The notes under the pieces are model-generated. The model saw only the letters and a list, made by a program, of their open reading frames with translations, was not told where the DNA came from and made no database searches. From positions 1 through 20,179 of the IMG/VR virus record IMGVR_UViG_3300005748_000132: 20,179 nucleotides of DNA. One strand, 5' to 3'. This document shows positions 6,467-14,288 of this stretch, piece by piece. The stretch is from a virus. Lineage: Duplodnaviria; Heunggongvirae; Uroviricota; Caudoviricetes. Made by a program: the position numbers and the translations under genes. How positions within the stretch are numbered: position 1 is the stretch's first letter; every line of letters starts with the position of its first letter.

Positions 6467-6495
6467 ATTATATCATATTTTTTAACTTGAGTCAA
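6467..6495 (-). promoter_or_regulatory. sigma70-type promoter
   Basis: TTGACT-17 bp-TATAAT with a TATG extended -10. Confidence 0.8.
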
Positions 6496-6603
6496 GCGGT
6501 AATACAAGAAAGTTACCACCTAATTACTATTATTTGTATTACCTTCATATTACTGCTCAGGTAACTAAATGGCTACAATTACGCAGTAATTTAGCACGGA
6601 CGA

Positions 6604-6978
6604 CTAAAATGCTCCTTTCCACCACCCATAGTCCTGATTAAAGCTACTATCTGGTTTCTTATCAGCTTCTTCTATAAGTTCCTCTGCTGTCTTATTACAG
6701 GTACTACAGTCGTACCAAGTACTAGCTCCAAACTTAGTCATAGTCCATTCTGAGCTACATACAGGACACTTATCAACTTCTATATCCTTTTTATTAGCTT
6801 TTAGGTGACTATTGTCAAACTCTAATACGTCTTCGGTATAGTCACTTTCTACTCCACTACTAAACTTCAGCTTATACTTAAATATACCGTTATGTTTATA
6901 TGATTTCACTACTATAGCTTTGCTATCAAATCTAGTTACAACCTTATCACCTGCTTTAAATTTCGGATAGTTATTCAC
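6604..6978 (-). CDS. SH3/KOW-like beta-barrel fused to a C4 zinc ribbon
   Basis: N-terminal KFKAGDKVV...KYKLKF pattern (KOW/SH3-like) and C-terminal CPVC-x17-CSTC. Confidence 0.65.
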   Translation of the reverse strand: MNNYPKFKAGDKVVTRFDSKAIVVKSYKHNGIFKYKLKFSSGVESDYTEDVLEFDNSHLKANKKDIEVDKCPVCSSEWTMTKFGASTWYDCSTCNKTAEELIEEADKKPDSSFNQDYGWWKGAF

Positions 6979-7171
6979 CTTGTTCCTTTTTTATTTTAGT
7001 AGCTATTTTTATTTCGCTGAGTTTCTTAGATTTGGAGATCTCTTCTATATACTCTCGTATGTGTCTGAAATCAGCAGCATAGAGGTTATGATCTGCCGTA
7101 TAGTAGTCCATAACATCTTGTACGTCTTTAAGTATTTTCAGTATCTTGGTAGCTCTTTGAGGTAGTTTCAT
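6971..7171 (-). CDS. Hypothetical protein
   Basis: 66 aa, overlaps the next gene by 8 nt. Confidence 0.65.
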   Translation of the reverse strand: MKLPQRATKILKILKDVQDVMDYYTADHNLYAADFRHIREYIEEISKSKKLSEIKIATKIKKEQGE

Positions 7172-7174
7172 AAG

Positions 7175-7462
7175 CTATTTCCTTTTAAAAGCTACGATCT
7201 TCGTACTAACTTTATTAGGTTCTATATCTATCCTGACCGCTTCTTCCATAAGTTCCTCAGAAAGCTTACCTGCTAGGTGATACTTCAAAACGTCTTCTTC
7301 TTCGCTAGTAAAGTTAGTTTTGATGACGGACTGACTCTGTGACACTATAACTATGTTCTCATCCATCCATTTATGTACGGTGCGGATTTTGTCCATATGA
7401 CTCATGTCCTCGTTAAACTGCTCTCCTAGCTCAATAAGCTTATATAGTACTTCTTTTTCCAT
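7175..7462 (-). CDS. Hypothetical protein
   Basis: 95 aa, GAGGTG RBS. Confidence 0.75.
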   Translation of the reverse strand: MEKEVLYKLIELGEQFNEDMSHMDKIRTVHKWMDENIVIVSQSQSVIKTNFTSEEEDVLKYHLAGKLSEELMEEAVRIDIEPNKVSTKIVAFKRK

Positions 7463-7470
7463 CAGTCACC

Positions 7471-7572
7471 TCATCCGTCACTATTGATTGTTTTAGTAGT
7501 ATACGTCACCCCTAGCTTCGTAGTAGTTTTTCTGTAAGATTTTTCATGGTGTTTTTCTGACACTACTGACAT
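7471..7572 (-). CDS. Possible 33-aa peptide
   Basis: Below cutoff. MSVVSEKHHEKSYRKTTTKLGVTYTTKTINSDG fills the gap exactly; GGGGTGG upstream. Confidence 0.4.
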   Translation of the reverse strand: MSVVSEKHHEKSYRKTTTKLGVTYTTKTINSDG

Positions 7573-7573
7573 T

Positions 7574-7861
7574 TTACCACCCCTGATCTTGATCACTATT
7601 AAAATCCTTCATAAACTGGGTCATTCTACCCCCGACTTCTTGTTCATCCGTTCCTCCTAGAATGAAGGTGATCTTGAAAAGAGTCCTTAATAAAAATTCT
7701 AACACATTTAGTACTCCCAGTAATAAAGTGGGGATCGAAGTAAGTAGTGCTAATATCGTACTTTGTAAGAAAGGGTATTTGAAGTGAACATAGAAACCTC
7801 TAAGTAAAGCTAAAATAAGTATAATTAGTACTAAACTCGTACAAGCTATAACTACTCCCAT
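7574..7861 (-). CDS. Membrane protein with 2-3 hydrophobic segments
   Basis: 95 aa with long hydrophobic stretches; GGGGA RBS. Confidence 0.75.
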   Translation of the reverse strand: MGVVIACTSLVLIILILALLRGFYVHFKYPFLQSTILALLTSIPTLLLGVLNVLEFLLRTLFKITFILGGTDEQEVGGRMTQFMKDFNSDQDQGW

Positions 7862-8016
7862 TCGATGTCCCCTTCGTCTTTGTAATCAAAAAAGTCCATA
7901 ATAGCATAACCTCTTTCTAGAGCGTCGTAAAGGACTGTCGCTAAATACTCAGCTTCCTCTTCGTCGAATGTCATGTGCATCATTACCTGATTACGAATTA
8001 CTTCACCTACTACCAT
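7852..8016 (-). CDS. Very acidic 54-aa protein
   Basis: Below cutoff. AAGGA RBS; MVVGEVIRNQVMMHMTFDEEEAEYLATVLYDALERGYAIMDFFDYKDEGDIEWE has 15 D/E versus 3 K/R. Confidence 0.7.
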   Translation of the reverse strand: MVVGEVIRNQVMMHMTFDEEEAEYLATVLYDALERGYAIMDFFDYKDEGDIEWE

Positions 8017-8143
8017 CAAGCTTCCTTTTATTGTAAAAGCCTTTTATTAGTCTTGCTTAGGACTGAGTCACCTTGCTCTCATGCAGAACATAAGCCAGTC
8101 AGGTAGTAGTCGCCTGATACTTCAAGAGTTCTGCATACAGTAT

Positions 8144-8172
8144 AAGATATCACAATTCTCCTCTTATGTCAA
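8144..8172 (-). promoter_or_regulatory. sigma70-type promoter
   Basis: TTGACA-17 bp-TATCTT with a TGTG extended -10. Confidence 0.6.
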
Positions 8173-8199
8173 GTCCTTTCTTTAAATAAGTTTAAGACA

Positions 8200-8507
8200 A
8201 TAGAAGCGGCATTATCTACTACTAGATAACTAAGTTTAAACTCTTTGCTCAAACCATGAAGCTTAAAGGATTCTCTTTCGAGGTAGTACCAAATGCTGCT
8301 TCCGAAGTAGGCTCCGCTAGTTTCCTACACACATCTTTACAAAGGTTGTGCCTATGGTGACACTTATACTCTCACTTTCTCTCGTCCTACTCAGGTTTCC
8401 CTTACTCGACGGTTACTGATAAGAGTCCCTTAGCTTTTATTTATTGTCGAACTAAGGACTGTAATCTCGACTTACTTTAGGTTACTGCCAAAGTAGATAA
8501 ATGCTAC
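8200..8507 (-). ncRNA. Candidate structured non-coding RNA (family not recognised)
   Basis: No credible ORF. Has its own promoter, three GAAA-tetraloop hairpins, several 7-11 bp stems, a long-range helix (8292-8302 with 8203-8213) and a possible loop pseudoknot. Confidence 0.6.
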
Positions 8508-8512
8508 TGCCC

Positions 8513-8541
8513 AGATTAGCACAAAAATTGGTTTTTTGCAA
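8513..8541 (-). promoter_or_regulatory. sigma70-type promoter for the candidate ncRNA
   Basis: TTGCAA-17 bp-TAATCT with a TGTG extended -10. Confidence 0.6.
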
Positions 8542-8607
8542 GTATTTTTTACAAGTGTCTGTAATTACAAGGATATAGTAAATAAAGCTTATAATACACC
8601 CTTAAGA

Positions 8608-8620
8608 TTACCAACTATAT
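8608..8620 (+). promoter_or_regulatory. Late-promoter motif variant TTACCAACTATAT
   Basis: 11/13 match to TTGACAACTATAT, 18 nt upstream of the first gene of the packaging operon. Confidence 0.5.
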
Positions 8621-8638
8621 ATCAGAAAGGAGAAAACT

Positions 8639-8923
8639 ATGGAGAATATGAAAGGAGCTTTGAAAGCTTTGAGAAAGATAGCTGGACTAGAGAAGGAGTC
8701 TGAGGAGGTTAACCCTGACCAAGAATACTTCGACAATCTAAGAGCTAAAAAAGACGCTAGGGTTGAGGACATTAAGGAAAACAGAGTTGATAGCTTTGAA
8801 GAGATGTTAGATATGAAAGATAAGGTTGAATCTATGCCAGATGAGAGACTTCCTGAAGAAAGAAGAAAGGCTTTAGCTAGGGAAATGCAAAGAAAGCAGA
8901 AGCAGGAACTAGGTATTAAGTAA
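8639..8923 (+). CDS. Hypothetical charged helical protein, first gene of the late operon
   Basis: 94 aa, AAAGGAG RBS. Confidence 0.8.
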   Translation: MENMKGALKALRKIAGLEKESEEVNPDQEYFDNLRAKKDARVEDIKENRVDSFEEMLDMKDKVESMPDERLPEERRKALAREMQRKQKQELGIK

Positions 8924-9069
8924 TGAGCGCGATAGATGTCACTAAAGATAACGAGCAGCTTAAGAAGATAAAAGAGAAGTTGGAAAAACTTAAGATAGAG
9001 CAGTTAAAACAAAAAGAAAAGCAACGACTTAGTAAAATAAGAACTCAAGTTAAAAAACAGGAGAAATAA
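8923..9069 (+). CDS. Small basic coiled-coil protein (48 aa)
   Basis: Below cutoff. MSAIDVTKDNEQLKKIKEKLEKLKIEQLKQKEKQRLSKIRTQVKKQEK; TAATG overlaps at both ends. Confidence 0.7.
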   Translation: MSAIDVTKDNEQLKKIKEKLEKLKIEQLKQKEKQRLSKIRTQVKKQEK

Positions 9070-9386
9070 TGAAACAAATTAAAGAAGCACTTCCGTTAGT
9101 ACTACTATTAGCTATAGTACCTTACTTTTTTTACGCAAGTCCTACACTACCTCAAGCTATTATTGCGGCTTGTATTGCAGCTCTAGCAGGGTTTAAATAC
9201 TGGTTAGATCATAACTCTTTACCTGACTATAGAAAGCTTTTTCAAGAGCAGATAGACAAGCGTGATGGGGATATAAAAGCTATTATAGAGGAACTTAACG
9301 AAGAGATTAGTAATGTTCGCGAAAAGCAAGGTATTATAAATATCAATGAGACTAAGAAACAACAACGCGCTAACATAAGCTGGTAA
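9069..9386 (+). CDS. Membrane protein with two N-terminal TM helices and a coiled-coil tail (holin-like topology possible)
   Basis: Hydrophobic ALPLVLLLAIVPYFFY and AIIAACIAALAGF segments; AGGAG RBS. Confidence 0.65.
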   Translation: MKQIKEALPLVLLLAIVPYFFYASPTLPQAIIAACIAALAGFKYWLDHNSLPDYRKLFQEQIDKRDGDIKAIIEELNEEISNVREKQGIININETKKQQRANISW

Positions 9387-9388
9387 TT

Positions 9389-9733
9389 ATGCAACTTGAT
9401 TTAGAACTAGAATTAAAAGCTTTACAGGAAGAGATTGTAAAACTCAAGTCAGAAAACGCGACTCTAAAAGAGGTTATTGTTGAGAACGGTTTGGAAGCTG
9501 AGATTCCTGATATCGACCTTGTTTCTGTTGAAGAGAAAGCTTGTATAGACGGAATAGGTCATTTAGCTAAATTACTAGAGTCAGGTAATTTTACAAAAGA
9601 CGACGTTAAAGCTTTTTCTGATTTACATAACACACTCAGTAAGGTGAGAGGTAAATCTCCTGCTGGTAAAAGTAAGGTTAAATCTGCTGAAGTTAAGACG
9701 TTGTTAAAAGCTATTAGTGGAGATAAGAAGTAG
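9389..9733 (+). CDS. Probable terminase small subunit
   Basis: 114-aa helical protein with a basic C-terminus just upstream of TerL (with the HNH gene between). Call is positional. Confidence 0.5.
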   Translation: MQLDLELELKALQEEIVKLKSENATLKEVIVENGLEAEIPDIDLVSVEEKACIDGIGHLAKLLESGNFTKDDVKAFSDLHNTLSKVRGKSPAGKSKVKSAEVKTLLKAISGDKK

Positions 9734-10572
9734 TGTCTAGGAAATATTTAGACTACAGCTCAGAAGGTAGAAAATGTTCTAAATGTGGAGAATATAAACT
9801 TTGGTCTGAGTATCATAAATCTAAAAAAGAACCTTCTGGATACAAATCGGCTTGTAAGTCTTGTAGAAATAAAGATAAAAAAAAGTATAATAAAAAAATA
9901 TCGGATTCTAAACCTGAATTTACTCACATTTTAATGAACCCTAACGGTAGACATTGTAGAGACTGTAATGAGTTTAAACCTCTTAGTGAGTATAATAAAT
10001 CGGACAGACATATGTTAAACAGAATGTATCACTGTAAGGAATGTAGAAACAAAGAAATGAGAGATAGGTTTAAAGACCCCGATATTAAAAAAAGGAGAAA
10101 CGAACTCACAAGAAAGTGGAAACAAATACCTGAGAACAAAAAAAGAATATTAGAAAGCAGTAAAAGATATCGTCTGAAAAACAAAGAAAAAGTCAAAGAA
10201 AGATGTGCTAAATATAGAAAGGAGAATCCTGATAAAGTGAGAGAAGCTCAACGTAGATACAATGAGAAAAATCCTCATGTTAGAAAACGTCGTAAAATGA
10301 GAAGACGGAAGACAGAAAAACAAGCTCTAGTGTCATGGAGAAATGAAGATAAAATTAGACAAATTTACAAAAAAGCTAAAGAACTTCAAAAAGAAACTGG
10401 GGTAAAATATCATGTCGATCACATCATACCTCTTAACCATCCTAATGTTTGTGGACTTCACGTAGAAGCTAATTTACAAGTAATAACAGCTTCTGAAAAC
10501 TGTGCGAAACAAAATAGGTTCGATAATACTTATGAAAACGAATCATGGAGAATGGAGATTTATGCAGAGTGA
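9733..10572 (+). CDS. HNH endonuclease with two C4 zinc-finger repeats (homing endonuclease-like)
   Basis: CSKC...CKSC and CRDC...CKEC repeats, a basic helical linker, and the C-terminal HVDHIIPL...GLHVEANLQVITASENCAKQN HNH motif. GTG start overlaps the previous stop. Confidence 0.9.
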   Translation: MSRKYLDYSSEGRKCSKCGEYKLWSEYHKSKKEPSGYKSACKSCRNKDKKKYNKKISDSKPEFTHILMNPNGRHCRDCNEFKPLSEYNKSDRHMLNRMYHCKECRNKEMRDRFKDPDIKKRRNELTRKWKQIPENKKRILESSKRYRLKNKEKVKERCAKYRKENPDKVREAQRRYNEKNPHVRKRRKMRRRKTEKQALVSWRNEDKIRQIYKKAKELQKETGVKYHVDHIIPLNHPNVCGLHVEANLQVITASENCAKQNRFDNTYENESWRMEIYAE

Positions 10573-12133
10573 AGATAAATTAGTAAAGTTAAATGATTGT
10601 GGTAGGATGTACCCTATTGATAATGAGAAATTTGAAAAATATCAAGCTATAGATAAATTGGCTGATCTAGGAGAGACTGATAAACTTTGGGAACTCGGAG
10701 AACTTTATTGGAAGTTAAATAATGTACAACGTGAATTAAAAGAAATGGTTGATACCGATAATACCAAGACTTCAGCAGTAGTTGTTTCGAGGAGAACAGG
10801 CAAGACGTGGTGGCTTTTAGTAGAGTCGATAATGTTATGTTTAAAAAAACCAAATGCTATAGTTAAGTTTATATTTCCTCAGCAAACAGATGCTAAGAAA
10901 AATATACAACCTCTTATCTCAGAGATAACGGAAGACTGTCCAAGACATTTAAAACCTGTATACAATACTCAAGATAAAGTTTTTATTTTTCCTAATAATT
11001 CACAGATACAGATTTCAGGAGCGAATAATTCTCGGATAGAAAACATTAGAGGCGGTAGAGCAGACTTGTGTTGCATCGATGAGGCAGGCTTTATTGACCG
11101 ATTATCTTACGCAATTAAGTCAGTACTGTCTCCTACTATCAGAACTACAGGTGGTAAAATGATATTAGCATCTACACCTTCTACTTCTCCCGATCATGAA
11201 TTTATAACAGACTTTATGGTTCCTTACAAGGCTACAGGAAGATTAAAGATATTTACTATATGGGATAACCCAAACTTTACAGATGAGATTAGAGAAGAAA
11301 TATTAATGGATTTTGAACCTCTTCGTGAAAAAGATCCAGATTTCCTTCGCGAATACATGTGTGAAATAGCAATTGACAAAGAAGCTGCAATTTGTTCAGA
11401 GTTTTACGATAATAAAGCTTCTATTGTATTCTCAGACACTGACGAAGATGCTCCTCAACTCCCACCACACTTCGACTTCTACGTAGGTGCTGATATTGGT
11501 TATCGAGATCTTACTGTGATGTTATTTGGTTACTACGATTTTAGAAATGCACAACTTGTAATTTTAGATGAGTTAGTGATGAACGGACCTACTATGACAA
11601 CAGAAGCTTTAGCTAAAGAAGTGAATATGATAGAAGAGATTAGGTTCCGTCAAAGTGATATAAGAGTACTACCTTACAGAAGAGTCATGGATAATGACCT
11701 AAAGCTTATAAACGACCTCAGACAACTTCACGGTATACAGTTTTTACCGACTAAGAAAGACAATAAAGACGGTGCTATAAATGAGATGAAAATATGGATG
11801 GGACAGAATAGAATTAGGATTCATGAACGATGTAAGCATTTAATTTACCATCTAGAGTACGGACAATGGAATAATAAAAGAACCGATTTCAAAAGATTAG
11901 CTGACAGTCCAGATAAGTCAATACAAGGTGGTCACGTTGATGCAATTCCAGCTTTATATTATCTTATACGTAACATAGATGTTTGGAGAAACCCTTATCC
12001 TCATAACTACGGTATGAACATAACAGAAGATACTCACATACCTTCTCATTTTCAAGAAGCTAATAAATCAGAGGGAGCTGCTTTTATGGCTAAGTTATTA
12101 AATTTACGCAAGAAAACAAAAAAAAGAAGATGA
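10562..12133 (+). CDS. terL: Terminase large subunit
   Basis: Walker A VSRRTGKT, Walker B LCCIDEAG, motif III ASTP, nuclease-domain VGADIG and HVDA..ALYY. ORF-track start is 10502; ATG 10562 has GGAG upstream and is preferred. Confidence 0.93.
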   Translation: MQSEDKLVKLNDCGRMYPIDNEKFEKYQAIDKLADLGETDKLWELGELYWKLNNVQRELKEMVDTDNTKTSAVVVSRRTGKTWWLLVESIMLCLKKPNAIVKFIFPQQTDAKKNIQPLISEITEDCPRHLKPVYNTQDKVFIFPNNSQIQISGANNSRIENIRGGRADLCCIDEAGFIDRLSYAIKSVLSPTIRTTGGKMILASTPSTSPDHEFITDFMVPYKATGRLKIFTIWDNPNFTDEIREEILMDFEPLREKDPDFLREYMCEIAIDKEAAICSEFYDNKASIVFSDTDEDAPQLPPHFDFYVGADIGYRDLTVMLFGYYDFRNAQLVILDELVMNGPTMTTEALAKEVNMIEEIRFRQSDIRVLPYRRVMDNDLKLINDLRQLHGIQFLPTKKDNKDGAINEMKIWMGQNRIRIHERCKHLIYHLEYGQWNNKRTDFKRLADSPDKSIQGGHVDAIPALYYLIRNIDVWRNPYPHNYGMNITEDTHIPSHFQEANKSEGAAFMAKLLNLRKKTKKRR

Positions 12134-12145
12134 TAATACACAATA

Positions 12146-12158
12146 TTGACAACTATAT
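12146..12158 (+). promoter_or_regulatory. Candidate late-promoter motif TTGACAACTATAT
   Basis: Exact 13-mer in the terL-portal intergenic gap. Confidence 0.65.
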
Positions 12159-12182
12159 AATGATACGAATAAAGGACTTTAC

Positions 12183-14288
12183 ATGAAACAAGTATATTTT
12201 GCTGCTGATAAAGCTGAGAATACAATAGACGTCTTAACGGAAAAAGCCCGAAGTTGGTTTACAGGTATTTCTGATTCTACTTACATTGATAAAATTGAGC
12301 GTTCTTGGAGAGCTTATTACGGAGATTACTACGACACTAATAATGCTCATCAAATAAGCTTTGGAGGCGAGTCTGGTGAAATCGTACAACTAGCTGTAAA
12401 TCACTTTAGAAACCTTGCTGAACACATTCATGGTATGGTTACAGGCTCTAGACCAGCATTACAATGTAGAGCTATTAATACGGATAAGAAATCGCTTATT
12501 CAGGCGAAGTTAGGAAACGGTCTACTCGACTACTACATGAGAGAAATGAGACTAGAAGAAGTCCTCAATGATGCTGTTGAATATGCAATTATACTAGGGT
12601 CAGGTTACGTTAAGCTAGAGTGGAATAGTACGAAAGGTAAAGTCTATGATGTAATCGAACCTGATCCTAATTCTATCTTTGGAGAAAACGAAGACGGTGA
12701 GCCTGTCGATGAAGATGGAAATGTCCTTACTGGTTTTCCTATTCATGAGGGTGATTTAGAGTTCGGACTAGTGTCTCCTTATGATATAATCTTCGACTCT
12801 ACAAAACCATACTTTTCTAAGAACGACTGGGTTGTTATAAGAACAGCTAAAAACAGATTTGACCTAGCCGCAAAATACCCAGAGCTAGAAGAAAAGTTAC
12901 TAAATATAGAAACTGTAGATAAAGCTCAAAAGAGTGGTACAGATACTCCTCATAATACTGAGAACGAAACTGACGATATTTTTGTTTACGAGTTTTTTCA
13001 CAAAAGAACCGAGTCCATGACCAATGGTCGTTATATGCTTTATGTTAATAACGAGATCATTTTAGAAGATACGGTAATGCCTTATAGAAGCTTACCAGTG
13101 TACAGAATCACTCCTTCAAATATTATAGGAACTCCTTACGGTTATACTAACATGTTTGACCTACTTCCTCTACAGGAAATGCTTAACTCAATGTACTCAA
13201 CAGCAGCTTCAAATATAAATGCTTTTGGTTTACAAAGTGTCATGGTTCCAAGAGAAGCAGGGGTAGAGTTTGAACAAGTCGGTAACGGTATGCAGTTCAT
13301 AAAATACAACGCTCTTAACGGAGGTGGTAAACCTGAACCTATGCAGCTTACAGCTACTAGTCCAGAAGTTTATCAGATGATGCAGCTTCTTGAAAAAGGA
13401 ATGGAGACCTTATCAGGTGTAAATAGTGTCGCGAGAGGTAATCCTGACGCTGCCCTACGCTCTGGTAACGCATTAGCCTTAGTACAAGCTCAGGCTTTAC
13501 AATTTGTAAATAAACTAGAGAACTCTTACGTGAGACTTATTGAAGACGTAGGTACAGGAGTTATAAACCTTCTTAAAGACTTTGCTTCAGTCCCTAGAAC
13601 TATTGCTATTTCTGGAGTAAATAATGCTACAGAAATGAGAGACTTTAAATCTGACGATATAAAATCAATTAATAGGGTTGTGGTTGATAGAGGGAACGCT
13701 CTTATGAACTCTACAGCAGGTAGAGCGCAGGTAGCTGAGAACCTTTTACAGATGGGATTGATTACTGACGTTAACGATTACTTGATGGTTCTTAACACTG
13801 GTAACTTGAATGTAGCTACTGACTCTAAAATAGATAACTCGATACTTATAATTTCTGAAAACGAAGCTATGATAAAGGGTGAGAGACAACAGGCTATTTG
13901 GTCTGAGAAACATTCGCAGCATATCATGAAACATATGGAACTTCTGAACGACGCTGAGTTGAAAAAAGATCCACTTTTATCTCAAATTGTACTCGAACAT
14001 GTTCAGGAGCATGTTAATCTACTACGTACTACTGATCCTTCAATATTATCTATGATTGGGGAAGCCCCACTTCCACCAGCACCAGCTCCTGCTGCACCCG
14101 GACAACCCGGTTCTATGGGAACGGTCACTCCTCCTCAAAATGCACAAGCTCCAGTTCCTGATCAAGGTAATGCTCCAATGATGACACCTAATCAACAAGC
14201 TCCTAGTAATCTCCCGGAACCAGCTACTCCGGCTGGGGTGGATTCTGGAATCTTACCTCCAATGCCTACAACCCCTGAGGAGATGTAA
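12183..14288 (+). CDS. Portal protein with Pro/Gln-rich C-terminal tail
   Basis: 701 aa directly after TerL. Portal-type features include an N-terminal helical region, YP.V/LPVYRI-like P-element and ARGNP..RSGNA.A segments. Confidence 0.88.
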   Translation: MKQVYFAADKAENTIDVLTEKARSWFTGISDSTYIDKIERSWRAYYGDYYDTNNAHQISFGGESGEIVQLAVNHFRNLAEHIHGMVTGSRPALQCRAINTDKKSLIQAKLGNGLLDYYMREMRLEEVLNDAVEYAIILGSGYVKLEWNSTKGKVYDVIEPDPNSIFGENEDGEPVDEDGNVLTGFPIHEGDLEFGLVSPYDIIFDSTKPYFSKNDWVVIRTAKNRFDLAAKYPELEEKLLNIETVDKAQKSGTDTPHNTENETDDIFVYEFFHKRTESMTNGRYMLYVNNEIILEDTVMPYRSLPVYRITPSNIIGTPYGYTNMFDLLPLQEMLNSMYSTAASNINAFGLQSVMVPREAGVEFEQVGNGMQFIKYNALNGGGKPEPMQLTATSPEVYQMMQLLEKGMETLSGVNSVARGNPDAALRSGNALALVQAQALQFVNKLENSYVRLIEDVGTGVINLLKDFASVPRTIAISGVNNATEMRDFKSDDIKSINRVVVDRGNALMNSTAGRAQVAENLLQMGLITDVNDYLMVLNTGNLNVATDSKIDNSILIISENEAMIKGERQQAIWSEKHSQHIMKHMELLNDAELKKDPLLSQIVLEHVQEHVNLLRTTDPSILSMIGEAPLPPAPAPAAPGQPGSMGTVTPPQNAQAPVPDQGNAPMMTPNQQAPSNLPEPATPAGVDSGILPPMPTTPEEM

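Noticed and set aside
1309-7165. Opposite-strand ORF-track entries 1309..1518(-), 2002..2238(+), 3453..3683(+), 4937..5119(+), 5210..5416(+), 6361..6564(+) and 6980..7165(+)
   Set aside because: They are antisense shadows of better-supported genes, lack an RBS, and have Ser/Leu/Phe-rich composition typical of reverse frames.
8292-8315. GGAAGCAGC resembling SRP RNA domain IV; CUGAGUAG...GAAA resembling a hammerhead core; GAGCC resembling group II intron domain V
   Set aside because: The required partner elements (CAGG strand, CUGANGA core, D5 helix) are absent, so these are short chance matches.
9733-12133. HNH gene as part of a group I intron splitting terL
   Set aside because: TerL has all its motifs in one uninterrupted ORF, and there is no non-coding space for intron core helices.
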